Origin: Deltaproteobacteria bacterium
GTDB lineage: Bacteria > SAR324 > NAC60-12
Assembly (NCBI GenBank): GCA_038150265.1
Contig: JAYOTF010000020.1
Span: forward strand, 1-61,218
Length of the DNA stretch: 61,218 nt
Direction: 5' to 3'
Shown here: positions 20,179 to 29,952 of the stretch, piece after piece
Numbering within the stretch: position 1 is the first letter of the stretch
Layout: each line of letters opens with the position of its first letter
Program-made: the position numbers and the translations under genes
The notes under the pieces: generated by a model
Database searches by the model: none
Told to the model about the DNA's origin: nothing
What the model saw: only the letters and a program-made list of their open reading frames with translations

Positions 20179-22074
20179 ATGCTTGAAAAGGTTCACTTTC
20201 CCCCCATCAGTGGGTGGTTGGCGGATGAACAACGGCTGCGACAGACCCTGAGTGCTGCTGAGATTGGAACCTGGTACGCATGCGACGGCATGATGTTCTG
20301 GGACCACGTGACCCTCAAGATGTATGGCGTTGCGACGCCTCCAGCGACTCGAGATGAGTACCTGGAGCTGATTCCCGCAAGCCAGCGGGAGGCGATTGCA
20401 GGGTCCATTCAGCGCTCCGAGGAGCTGCAGATTCCCGATGAATTTGAACACAGCCTGGGAGAGCCCAATGGCTCGGAACGCTGGCTGCTCGTCAAGGGGG
20501 TGCCTCACCTCGATCACAACGGCAAGGTCCGGGGACGGCATGGGGTGGTGCTGGAGATCACACAGCGCAAACGGGCCGAGCAGGGTGTTCAGGAAAGTGA
20601 GAAGCGCATGGAGCTGGTGCTTCAGGGCGCTGAGTTGGGACTGTGGGACGCGGATTTGCTGACTGGAGAAACCTACGTCAGCCCCTACTACCTGAAGATG
20701 CTGGGGTATCAGCCCAGTGAGGTCAGCGATTCCAACCGGCTTTGGCTACAGAGCATTCACCCAGACGACCGTCCGCGCATCGTTTCTCTGACGGAGCATG
20801 CCACCACTGATGAATCGATTGTCTTTGATGAGGAGTACCGCATTCAGGTCAAGTCCGGTGGCTACCGCTGGTTCCGGGGACGGGGCTCGGTGGTGCAGCG
20901 TGCCAGCGACGGACGCGCCGCCCGGTTTGTGGGAACCATGCTCGACATCACGCACCGCAAGCAGTCGGAGCAGCAACTGGCTTCCAGTCAAAACCTCTTC
21001 TCTGCCGCATTTGACCACGCGTTTTATGGCATGGTCCTCAGCAACGCCCGGGGCATGATCCTCCGGGTGAATGAATCGGCAAAGGAGATGCTCGGCTACG
21101 GGGACGAACTCATCGGGATGCTGGTGGATGAGCTGATCCACCCCAGTGACCTTAATGAATCGCAGACCGACCGCGACGAGTTGCAGCGCACGCCCCATGC
21201 CGGATACATTCGTCAACGCCGGTTGCTGACGCAGCAGGGCAGCACGCTGGTGGCGCGTGTGGCGGTCAATGCCATCTGTGATGCCTCCGGAGCCTTTGAG
21301 TACAACATTGCCCAGATTGAGGACCTGACGAAGACGCGGGAGCTGGAAAACCAGGTGATTCAGTCGGAAAAGATGAGCACCATCGGAGTCCTGACCAGTA
21401 GCCTGAGCCACGAACTCAAGACGCCCCTGAGTGGTGTTCTCATGAGCCTGCCCCTCATCAAGCCGCTGCTGGATCAAGGGAAGGAGGAGGAGCTGATCGA
21501 CCTGCTCGGCACCATGCAGCAGATGGTGGCCCACAGCCTCGATACCATTCAGAGCCTCCTCAGCTTTTCCCGGAAGTCCGACTCTCAGGACGTGGTCAGC
21601 TGTGACCTGGAGAAGCTCTTTTCCGAGCTGCTGCTGCTGCTGGAGCCCATGTCCAAGAAGCTTGGGGTTCGGTTGGAAACGGAGGCCACGCCGTCGCTTC
21701 CGGAAGTGCGGTGCAACCGGACGCAGATCCAGCAGGTGCTTCTGAACCTGGGAGCCAATGCGATGCAGGCCATGCGGGGAGCCGATGAGCGAGTCCTGCA
21801 CCTGGCTGCTCATCAAGAGGGGGACTGGCTGGTGCTGAAGGTATCAGATACGGGCCCCGGAATTGAGCCGGCGCTGCTGGAAAAGATCTTTGATCTTTTC
21901 TACACGACCAAGGAAGAAGGCGAAGGGACCGGGCTTGGGCTTTCCATCAGCCGAGACATCATCCGGCGGCATGGCGGCGACCTGACGGTAGAAAATCACG
22001 CGGGGGCAGCGGGGTGCACCTTCCGGATCACGTTACCGCTGGCTGATCAGAGCACGAGCATGCAGTCGCCGTAA
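20179..22074 (+). CDS. cytoplasmic multi-PAS sensor histidine kinase
   Basis: PAS/PAC motifs (IHPDD, IHPSD), H-box SHELKTPL, N, DTGPG, F and GTGLGLS boxes; no TM segment; no partner regulator adjacent. Confidence 0.92.
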   Translation: MLEKVHFPPISGWLADEQRLRQTLSAAEIGTWYACDGMMFWDHVTLKMYGVATPPATRDEYLELIPASQREAIAGSIQRSEELQIPDEFEHSLGEPNGSERWLLVKGVPHLDHNGKVRGRHGVVLEITQRKRAEQGVQESEKRMELVLQGAELGLWDADLLTGETYVSPYYLKMLGYQPSEVSDSNRLWLQSIHPDDRPRIVSLTEHATTDESIVFDEEYRIQVKSGGYRWFRGRGSVVQRASDGRAARFVGTMLDITHRKQSEQQLASSQNLFSAAFDHAFYGMVLSNARGMILRVNESAKEMLGYGDELIGMLVDELIHPSDLNESQTDRDELQRTPHAGYIRQRRLLTQQGSTLVARVAVNAICDASGAFEYNIAQIEDLTKTRELENQVIQSEKMSTIGVLTSSLSHELKTPLSGVLMSLPLIKPLLDQGKEEELIDLLGTMQQMVAHSLDTIQSLLSFSRKSDSQDVVSCDLEKLFSELLLLLEPMSKKLGVRLETEATPSLPEVRCNRTQIQQVLLNLGANAMQAMRGADERVLHLAAHQEGDWLVLKVSDTGPGIEPALLEKIFDLFYTTKEEGEGTGLGLSISRDIIRRHGGDLTVENHAGAAGCTFRITLPLADQSTSMQSP

Positions 22075-23099
22075 CTGAAGAAGCGGTACCGCTCCCGGAC
22101 CGCCTCAGCATAGGCGTCCATGAGGCGCTCCCGGCTCGTGAGGGCGGAAACGAGCATCAGCAGAGTCGATTCCGGAAGGTGGAAGTTGGTCAACAGGTGA
22201 TCAACGATCCGGAAGGAGTAGGGCGGATAAAGGAAAATATCGGTCCAGCCCTGCCACTGGGGCTCCGGCTGGGCAGCAATCGTCTCCAGCACCCGGACCG
22301 ACGTGGTGCCAACGGCCAGAATGGGCACCCCTGCCTGCTTGAGGTGCTGCAGGCGCTGCCAGACCTGAGGCTCGATTTCGTAGTGCTCCGAGTGCATGGG
22401 GTGCTCCCGGACGTCCTCGGCCACAACAGGCGCAAAGGTTCCGCGTCCCACGTGCAGGGTGACTTCGAGCAACTCGTGTCCGGCCGTCCGGAGCTGATTC
22501 AGGAGGTCTTCAGTGAAGTGCAGGCCAGCCGTGGGAGCCGCAACGGCGCCGCTCCGGGAGGCATACACGGTCTGGTAGCGCTTCCGGTCGAGCTGATGCT
22601 GATCCTCCGGAGCCTGCCGACGTTCAATGTAGGGGGGCAGGGGAGGAAGCCCTGCCTGTTCCAGCCGCTCCGAAAAGGTCTCGGGGTCATCAAACTGCAA
22701 AATCCACGAGCCGTCTTCCCAGCGCTCCCGCGCCACAGCCAGCAGCTCTCCATTTCCAAAACTCAGCTCTTCGCCTGGTTTGATGCGGGCCGCCTTGCGG
22801 ACCAGCGCCTGCCAGATGCCGGGCGCCTGTTCTTCCAGCAGCAGGGCTTCCAAGGCGGCTCCGGTGGCCCGGTTTCCGAGTAGTCGAGCCGGGACCACCT
22901 TGGTGTTGTTGAACACCAGGGCACAGCGGGGAGGCAAGAGGGAGAGGAGTTCGTGGAAGTGATGGTGCCGAGGGGCTCCTCCAGAGCGGGGAAGGAGCAT
23001 CATCCGGGACTGATCGCGCGGTTCTGCAGGGTGCTGAGCGATCAGTTCCGGAGGAAGGTCAAAGTGGTAGGACGTACGTTTCCAATCCGCGTGGTCCAT
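22047..23099 (-). CDS. queA: SAM:tRNA ribosyltransferase-isomerase
   Basis: LPPELIAQ, LPPYI, AAPTAGLHF, LHVG.GTF, TNFHLP, FFSYGD. Confidence 0.97.
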   Translation of the reverse strand: MDHADWKRTSYHFDLPPELIAQHPAEPRDQSRMMLLPRSGGAPRHHHFHELLSLLPPRCALVFNNTKVVPARLLGNRATGAALEALLLEEQAPGIWQALVRKAARIKPGEELSFGNGELLAVARERWEDGSWILQFDDPETFSERLEQAGLPPLPPYIERRQAPEDQHQLDRKRYQTVYASRSGAVAAPTAGLHFTEDLLNQLRTAGHELLEVTLHVGRGTFAPVVAEDVREHPMHSEHYEIEPQVWQRLQHLKQAGVPILAVGTTSVRVLETIAAQPEPQWQGWTDIFLYPPYSFRIVDHLLTNFHLPESTLLMLVSALTSRERLMDAYAEAVRERYRFFSYGDCMLVL

Positions 23100-23632
23100 C
23101 AGATGTGGTCCATGACTCCCATGCGCTTGATGCGCTCTTCCGGAGGAACCACACTGGTGAGGCGGGCGCCAAACTTTTCATTGATCACCACAACCTCGCC
23201 CCGCGCGACCAGCTTGCCGTTGACAAACATGTCCAGGTCCTCGCCCACCAGACGGTGCAGCTCCAGGACGGAACCCTGACCGAGGGAGAGGAGGTCGCTG
23301 ATGTTCATCTTGGCTCGGCCCACCTCGAAGGTGACGGTGAGGGGCATGTCGAGCAAGAAGCTCAGGTCCACGTTGCCGCTGGAGGCCTGAGGCACTCCCG
23401 GGTCATCCGCAGGAATCACCGAGTCGTCTCCGGCCAGCATGGAGTCGAGGTCCGCTTCTTCGTCCTCGGTGTCTCCGGTGACCAGGGAACTCAGGTCTCC
23501 GGTGGCTTCTGCAGCAACCCCTTCAGCAGATTCAGAGACCAGGGATTCCAGATCGGCTTCCGCGTCATCGGCTCCGTCGTCTGCAGCCGCTTCATCCACC
23601 AGTGATTCTAAATCGTTTTCTTCATCTGCCAT
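23099..23632 (-). CDS. fliN: flagellar motor switch protein FliN with acidic repeated N-terminal extension
   Basis: C-terminal SpoA domain (LLDMPL...VNGKLVARGEVVVINEKFGARL). Confidence 0.92.
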   Translation of the reverse strand: MADEENDLESLVDEAAADDGADDAEADLESLVSESAEGVAAEATGDLSSLVTGDTEDEEADLDSMLAGDDSVIPADDPGVPQASSGNVDLSFLLDMPLTVTFEVGRAKMNISDLLSLGQGSVLELHRLVGEDLDMFVNGKLVARGEVVVINEKFGARLTSVVPPEERIKRMGVMDHI

Positions 23633-23665
23633 TGAATTGCTCGCACCTGAGAAAAGCGGGCACCA

Positions 23666-24589
23666 TTACCCAGTTTGTAAGGAGTGGCCCTGCAAGACCC
23701 AACGCATCCGGGCTTCCGGAGCATCCAGGCCATCACACCCTTTGGGGCCTAAGAACTTTTGGCGATGCAACACCAGTTCCAGAATGGAAGGTTGCGATGA
23801 AGAAGCCTCAGAAAGCGGATGCAGCTGCAGCGTCACCCGAGCGTCTTCCGGGGTCTCCTGAACCTCTGTCAGCTCAGGCTGAGCCGACCAGCCATTTTGC
23901 TGGCAGACCTCTTGACCAAAGGCCTCAGCGACCTGAGCCAGGCCTCCGAGCCAGATCAGGCCCCGGTACGTGGGGGCATGAACCTGGTTGGCAAAGAAGG
24001 CTTCCAGCCACTCGTCAGCGAGCTCGGGGGTGAGGTAGCCATAGACCCGGGCCTGCGGAAAGGTCGCCAGTGTGGCCGCAAAGCGGTGGCCGCCGAGGTG
24101 GCTGCTTTCCCAGACCTTGACGGACGCCTGACGGGCGTCCACCCCTTCGCGCAACCGCTGCACCACTGCGCCTCCGAACTTGGCGCAGCACTTGTCGTGC
24201 TTGCCGTGGGTGCAGACCATGATCTGTGGCGTGGTGATCGGGGTCGCCGGGAGCGCAGGCGTTCCTGCAAAATGAGCGGCAAGGACGTCACTCAGGTTTT
24301 CGGGAGCGACCGTGTAGCGCACCGCTTCCGGATAGATCAGGACCTCACAGGAGTCGGTTCCGACGGTTCCGTCAGTAATCAGGCGGATGGTCACCTTGCC
24401 GGCCAGGGCACTCCAGACGTGTTGATCCTCCCCAAGGGTTTCCGGAAAGCCCCCTTCGGAGAGAAGCACATCCCGGTCCCAGAAGCGCTTGGGCCAGGTG
24501 ATGAAGACCAGGTGTTTGGCATGCAGAGCCGTGCCTGCCAGGGGTTCATTCAGGTCGCGGGTGACCAGGGAGCAGTACTCGTGATTCAT
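23666..24589 (-). CDS. sucrase/ferredoxin-like (Apd1/Aim32-type) 2Fe-2S protein
   Basis: VCTHGKHDKCCA and SHLGGHRFA motifs. Confidence 0.9.
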   Translation of the reverse strand: MNHEYCSLVTRDLNEPLAGTALHAKHLVFITWPKRFWDRDVLLSEGGFPETLGEDQHVWSALAGKVTIRLITDGTVGTDSCEVLIYPEAVRYTVAPENLSDVLAAHFAGTPALPATPITTPQIMVCTHGKHDKCCAKFGGAVVQRLREGVDARQASVKVWESSHLGGHRFAATLATFPQARVYGYLTPELADEWLEAFFANQVHAPTYRGLIWLGGLAQVAEAFGQEVCQQNGWSAQPELTEVQETPEDARVTLQLHPLSEASSSQPSILELVLHRQKFLGPKGCDGLDAPEARMRWVLQGHSLQTG

Positions 24590-26640
24590 GTGTTGCTGAC
24601 TGATTCAAGGACAAGTTCGGCGAGATCTTTGGTCTGCATGTCGTCTCCACGGTTGTTGGCAACAATGCCATCGCTGATCATGGTCATGCAGAATGGGCAT
24701 CCGGTGGCCACGGTGGAGGCGCCGGTTTCTTCGGCCTGACGGACCCGTTCCTGGTTGACACGGGTTCCGATGGTTTCCTCCATCCACATCCGGGCGCCTC
24801 CGGCTCCGCAACAGAAGCTTTCGTTGCGACTGCGCTTCATTTCCACAGGAGCCTCTTCCGTGATCCGGGAAAGGAGCTTCCGGGGAGCATCGTACTCATT
24901 GTTGTAGCGTCCGAGGTAGCAGGGGTCGTGGAAGGTGACCTTGCCCTTGACCACGGGTTGCGGGTCGAGCCGGCCTTCATCGACCAGCTGTGAGATGAAC
25001 TGGGTGTGGTGGTACACCTCAAACTTGCCGTCGAGCTGCGGGTACTCGTTTTTCAGGGAGTTGAGGCAGTGGGGGCAAGACGTGACCACCTTCTTGATGT
25101 TGTAGCTCTTGAGCGTCTCCACGTTTTCACCAGCGAGCATCTGGTAGAGCATCTCGTTTCCGGAACGGCGAGCGAGGTCCCCTGTGCACTTCTCTTCGCT
25201 GCCGAGGATGGCAAACTTGACCCCTGCCTTCTTGAGGAGCTTCGAGGTGGCTCGGGCGACCTTCTGGTTGCGGCTGTCGAACGAGCCGGCACAACCGACC
25301 CACATGAGGACGTCGATCTCTTCCGGAGGGGTCTCGGCCATGGTGGGAATGGCCTCATCCTTTGCCCAGTCGGCGCGCTGGTCGTAGCCGACGCCCCAGG
25401 GGTTGAAGTTGCGCTCAAGCCCCTTGTAGGTGGTGGTCAGTTCAGGCGGGTAGGCTTCCTTCATCAGGGTCTCGCCCTGGCGCATGGCGATCATGCGGGG
25501 AACGTGCTCAATGGCGACGGGGCAGGCGTCTTCGCAGGCGCGGCAGGTGGTGCAGGCCCAAAGTGTGTCTGGATGAATGATGTCGCCGACCAGCTCCTTG
25601 TCTTCCCGGGTTTTGCCGGTTTGGTAGAGCGTCCCTGCTTCTTCCCGGAGGTGCCCGAGGAGGGACTGGTTGACCCACTTCATGGTGAGGGGCTTGCCGG
25701 TGACATAGGTGGGGCAGATGTCGTAGCAGCGTCCGCACTCGGTGCAGGAAAAGAGGTCGAAGCCTTCCTTCCAGGTGAGCTGCTCAAACTTGGTGACACC
25801 GATGCGTTCCTCTTCCCAGGCCTTCTCGTCTTCAAGGTCGATGAGGTCGATGGGCCGGTGGGGGCGGTCCAGGGAGGCAAAGTACACGTTGGGCAGCGCC
25901 GTGATCTCATGGAACTGCTTGGTGTTGACGAGGACATTCACAAACACCATCATGGTGATGACGTGTCCCCAGAAGCCGAAGTGGTAGAAGAAGGCGTTGG
26001 CCGTTTCCCCCAACGGAGCAACCCAGGCGGCGAGGATTGCGGCAAAGGGGGCCCACTCCATCTCGGTTCCGTAAATGGGGCTGTGGTAGTAGGGGATGTC
26101 GTGGTTCCAGAGCTGAATCAGGTTGAACCGTCCGGCGTCAAAGAAGAGGTCCGTGAGCATGATCAGCCCAATGTACAGCAGCACGTAGACCCCTTCCCAG
26201 TTGAGGGAAAGCCGCGCCGGCTTGGGGCTCACCACGCGGCGCCAGAGCATGAACAGGACCCCTGCGAGCACCACGACTTCGGCCACATTGTAGAGGAACA
26301 CGTACACGTACCCCCCCAGGTGATCAATCCCGAGGAAGGGCAAGTGCTCCTGAAAGCCCTTCACAAAGCCCTCACCCATCAGGGCCATCTCCCGGAGGCC
26401 GATGATGAGCGCCCCCCAGAAGATGAGGGCATGGACGATGCCTGAGCCGCGTTCCCGGGAGCGGTCCAGGAACTTGCGCTGCCCAAACCCCATGCCCAGG
26501 AGCTGCTTGAGGCGGTCCCCTGGACGGTCGGTCCGCTCTTCCGGAGCCATGCGGCGCAAAGCGCCAAATTTGACAGTCATCTGGAGCGCGAACACTCCCC
26601 AACCAATCAAAAAGACTGGGAGCATCAGCCAAGGGTTCAT
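24586..26640 (-). CDS. membrane-bound Fe-S oxidoreductase (FadF/HdrF-like: TM domain, two 4Fe-4S clusters, two CCG domains)
   Basis: CTECGRCYDICP, CTTCRACEDACP, HDPCYLGR, FCCGAGG, CPFC; ATG at 26640. Confidence 0.88.
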   Translation of the reverse strand: MNPWLMLPVFLIGWGVFALQMTVKFGALRRMAPEERTDRPGDRLKQLLGMGFGQRKFLDRSRERGSGIVHALIFWGALIIGLREMALMGEGFVKGFQEHLPFLGIDHLGGYVYVFLYNVAEVVVLAGVLFMLWRRVVSPKPARLSLNWEGVYVLLYIGLIMLTDLFFDAGRFNLIQLWNHDIPYYHSPIYGTEMEWAPFAAILAAWVAPLGETANAFFYHFGFWGHVITMMVFVNVLVNTKQFHEITALPNVYFASLDRPHRPIDLIDLEDEKAWEEERIGVTKFEQLTWKEGFDLFSCTECGRCYDICPTYVTGKPLTMKWVNQSLLGHLREEAGTLYQTGKTREDKELVGDIIHPDTLWACTTCRACEDACPVAIEHVPRMIAMRQGETLMKEAYPPELTTTYKGLERNFNPWGVGYDQRADWAKDEAIPTMAETPPEEIDVLMWVGCAGSFDSRNQKVARATSKLLKKAGVKFAILGSEEKCTGDLARRSGNEMLYQMLAGENVETLKSYNIKKVVTSCPHCLNSLKNEYPQLDGKFEVYHHTQFISQLVDEGRLDPQPVVKGKVTFHDPCYLGRYNNEYDAPRKLLSRITEEAPVEMKRSRNESFCCGAGGARMWMEETIGTRVNQERVRQAEETGASTVATGCPFCMTMISDGIVANNRGDDMQTKDLAELVLESVSNT

Positions 26641-26793
26641 GGGTTCCTCTCTGGTCAGGAGTTCCGGAGGTGAGGCCGGGAGTGCCGGAAGCGGGTGCAA
26701 CGGGGTGCCTCCTTTGATTCTCGAAGCACCTTAGAAGAACCCTGGGGGAGACGCAAGAAAAAGCCCGGGAAAAGTGCTCCGGAAGCCGGTTGG

Positions 26794-28035
26794 TCAGCGG
26801 AAGCGATACGGCTGGGGATCCAGCTCGGGAGCCTGGTCGCTGAGCAGGTCGGCAGCCAGCCGTGCCGACCCACAGGCCATGGTCCACCCGAGGTGCCCGT
26901 GTCCGGTGTTGTAGAGCAGGTTGGCATGAGGCCCAAACCCAATGATCGGAGTGCCTTCCGGAGTCATGGGACGCAGGCCACTCCACAGCTGCGGACGCGA
27001 AAAATCGGCAGCATTGGGGAAGAGGGTCTGCATGGCGGCCAAGGCGCGCCGGAGGTGCTGCGGAGGGATGGCGAGTCCGTATCCCTGAAAAGCGGCGAGG
27101 GTGGTGATCCGCATCTTGTCTCCCAGCACCGAAAAGGCCACCCGCTCGTCTTCGTCAATGCCTCCCAGCTGCGGGGGCGTGTGGTCTGGTGTCACAGGGA
27201 CGGTGGCAGAGACGCCCTGAACCGGGTAAATCGGAAGGTCAAGGCCCAGTGGCCGCAGCAGCAGCGGACTCCATGCCCCAAGCGCCAGGACATAGCGGTC
27301 GGCCCGGAGCGTGCCCAGCGGCGTCAGCACGCCCTGAATCTCGCCACCGGAGGCGTCCAGTCGCTCAATGGGGCAATTGAAGTGGAAGGTCACGCCCCGC
27401 TCCTGACACTTCTGGACGAGGGCCTGAGTGAAGGCGTGGGAGTCTCCAGATTCGTCAGTGGGACTGTACACCGCGCCCGCCAGGTGGGGGCGACTGGCGG
27501 CATATCCGGGGTCAAGCTCCTGAATGGCTTCTGGCGTCAGCACCTGCAGGGTCTGGCCTCCTTCCAGCAACGGCTGTCGCTCCTCGAGCGCCTGCTCGAG
27601 GTTCCGTTGGTTGCGATAGAGGTAGAGGACTCCGCGATGGCCCCGGTGGTACTCGAGCGGGGTGTCCTTCAGCAGACTCCGGAGGCGCTGCTGACTGTAC
27701 ACACAGAGCTGGTGTTTGTGCCGGGAGTTGGTTTCCCAGGCTGAGTGGGTGCACTGCGGAAGAAATTTCAGGCCCCAGCGCATCAGGTCCGGAGTGAGTG
27801 GCCCGATCTTCATGGCGGGATCTTGTCCCAGCCAGACTCGTGGAAGCTGCTTGAGGCGGTCGGGAGACGCCCAGGCCAGGGCATCTCCGGTGGCAATCAG
27901 GCCCGCGTTGCCAAAACTGGCACCCTGGGCAGGTTGGGCGGCCCGGTCGAGGACCACGACCTCGTGGCCATCCTGGACCAGTTCCCAGGCGGTGGTGGTG
28001 CCGACGACGCCAGCACCTAAAATGAGGATACGCAC
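26794..28035 (-). CDS. dadA: D-amino acid dehydrogenase family FAD oxidoreductase
   Basis: GAGVVG, ASFGNAG, WSGLRPMTP, GHGHLGWTMACGS. Confidence 0.85.
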   Translation of the reverse strand: MRILILGAGVVGTTTAWELVQDGHEVVVLDRAAQPAQGASFGNAGLIATGDALAWASPDRLKQLPRVWLGQDPAMKIGPLTPDLMRWGLKFLPQCTHSAWETNSRHKHQLCVYSQQRLRSLLKDTPLEYHRGHRGVLYLYRNQRNLEQALEERQPLLEGGQTLQVLTPEAIQELDPGYAASRPHLAGAVYSPTDESGDSHAFTQALVQKCQERGVTFHFNCPIERLDASGGEIQGVLTPLGTLRADRYVLALGAWSPLLLRPLGLDLPIYPVQGVSATVPVTPDHTPPQLGGIDEDERVAFSVLGDKMRITTLAAFQGYGLAIPPQHLRRALAAMQTLFPNAADFSRPQLWSGLRPMTPEGTPIIGFGPHANLLYNTGHGHLGWTMACGSARLAADLLSDQAPELDPQPYRFR

Positions 28036-28083
28036 GACAGGTGAAATCTGCTGGATGGGAAGCCCGGGGGCTCCCCAGGTTGA

Positions 28084-29850
28084 TTAGCTCGCTTTCTTGC
28101 GCTTGGGCAGATAGAGGTCGGTGATGGTGCCTTCAAAGACCTCTGCTGCCATTGCCACCGTCTCCGAGAGGGTTGGGTGCGGGTGAATGGTGGCGCCAAT
28201 GTCGGCCGCATCACAGCCCATCTCAATGGCAAGGGCGCCTTCAGCAATGAGGTCTCCCGCGTTGGTGCCGACGATGCCGACACCAATGACCCGGTCGGTC
28301 TCCTCATCGAAGATGACCTTGGTCATGCCTTCGTCTCGTCCGTTGGCGAGGCTCCGGCCGCTGGCTGCCCAGGGGAACTTGCCCACGCCGATCTTCCGGC
28401 CTTCCGCCTTGGCTTCGGCTTCCGTCACGCCCACCCAGGCCACTTCCGGATCGGTGTAGGCCACCGAGGGAATGACACGGGCGTCAAAGTACCGCTTGTG
28501 TCCGGCAATGACCTCAGCAGCCACCTTGCCTTCATGAGTGGCCTTGTGCGCCAGCATGGGTTGCCCCACGATGTCACCAATGGCAAAGATGTGCGGCACA
28601 TTGGTCCGCATCTGGGAGTCAACCGGAATGAAGCCCCGCTCATCGACGGTGACCCCGGCGTTTTCGGCGCCGATCTTCTTGCCGTTCGGAGAGCGCCCAA
28701 CCGAGCTGAGGATGCGGTCGAAGACCACCGGCTTCTCGGGGGCATTCTTGCCCTCAAAGGTCACCTTGAGGCCCTTCTTCTGAGCCTCCACCGCCGTCAC
28801 ACGGGTTTCCAGCCAGATGTTTTCATAGAGTCCGGCAATGCGCTTCTGGTAAGGACGAACGAGGTCCTTGTCTGCTCCGGCCATCAGCGAGTCAAGCATT
28901 TCGACAATGGTGATCCTGGCGCCGAGGGCGTGGTACACCGTGGCCATTTCGAGTCCGATGATGCCTCCTCCCATGACCAGCAGGTGCTCCGGAACGCCCT
29001 GAAGCTCCAGGGCGCCGGTGGAGTCGACAATGCGGTCGTCTTCTGGCAGGAAGGGCAGGCGAACGGCCTGAGAGCCAGCGGCAATGATGGCATGCTCAAA
29101 GTGAATGGTCTCGGTGGAGCCGTCTGCTGCGGTGACCTGAAGGTGGTGCGGGTCAACAAAGGCGCCCACGCCAGTGACAACGTCCACCTTGCGCTGCTTG
29201 GCCATGCCGGCCAGCCCACCGGTGAGGCGACTGACCACGCCATCCTTCCAGCTCCGGAGCTTGTCGATGTCGACCTTCGGTGGCTGGAAGACGAGGCCGT
29301 GCTCGCTCATGTGCTGGGCATCGTCAATGACCTTGGCGGCATGCAAGAGGGCCTTGGAGGGAATGCAGCCCACGTTCAGGCACACCCCGCCGATGGTGGC
29401 GTAGCGTTCCACGAGGATGACCTTCTTGTCCAGGTCGGCAGCACGGAAGGCCGCGGTGTACCCTCCGGGTCCGGAACCGAGAACCAGCACCTCGCAGGAG
29501 CGATCGGCGCTTCCGGAATAGGAGGCGGCCGTTGGAGCGGCAGCGGCAGGAGGAGGCTCCGGAGCCTTCTCGGGAGCACGGGGCGTTGGAGCCGCCGCGG
29601 CGCCTTCTGCCGGATCCAGCATCAGCACCAGGCTTCCTTCCGACACACGGTCCCCGACCTTGATCTTGAGCTCCTGGACCACTCCAGCTGCTGGAGAAGG
29701 AACCTCCATGGTGGCCTTGTCGCTCTCGAGGGTGATCAGCGAAGTCTCCTGCTCAATCCGATCTCCCGGGCTGACCAGAACCTCAATGATCTCGACATCC
29801 TTGAAGTCCCCAATATCCGGGACCTTGATTTCAATCAGGCTCATATTCAC
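28084..29850 (-). CDS. lpdA: dihydrolipoamide dehydrogenase with N-terminal lipoyl domain
   Basis: ESDKA lipoyl motif, [21 protein letters not shown]; alternative ATG at 29844. Confidence 0.96.
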   Translation of the reverse strand: MNMSLIEIKVPDIGDFKDVEIIEVLVSPGDRIEQETSLITLESDKATMEVPSPAAGVVQELKIKVGDRVSEGSLVLMLDPAEGAAAAPTPRAPEKAPEPPPAAAAPTAASYSGSADRSCEVLVLGSGPGGYTAAFRAADLDKKVILVERYATIGGVCLNVGCIPSKALLHAAKVIDDAQHMSEHGLVFQPPKVDIDKLRSWKDGVVSRLTGGLAGMAKQRKVDVVTGVGAFVDPHHLQVTAADGSTETIHFEHAIIAAGSQAVRLPFLPEDDRIVDSTGALELQGVPEHLLVMGGGIIGLEMATVYHALGARITIVEMLDSLMAGADKDLVRPYQKRIAGLYENIWLETRVTAVEAQKKGLKVTFEGKNAPEKPVVFDRILSSVGRSPNGKKIGAENAGVTVDERGFIPVDSQMRTNVPHIFAIGDIVGQPMLAHKATHEGKVAAEVIAGHKRYFDARVIPSVAYTDPEVAWVGVTEAEAKAEGRKIGVGKFPWAASGRSLANGRDEGMTKVIFDEETDRVIGVGIVGTNAGDLIAEGALAIEMGCDAADIGATIHPHPTLSETVAMAAEVFEGTITDLYLPKRKKAS

Positions 29851-29952
29851 TCAAAAGTAGCAGGCGCGCCTCAGTGGTGGTGAGGCGCGAAGGGTAATTG
29901 GGAGTAGTCATGGTGAGGGCAGGCTCCCAGCACCGCCAGGAGCCTGGGGGCC

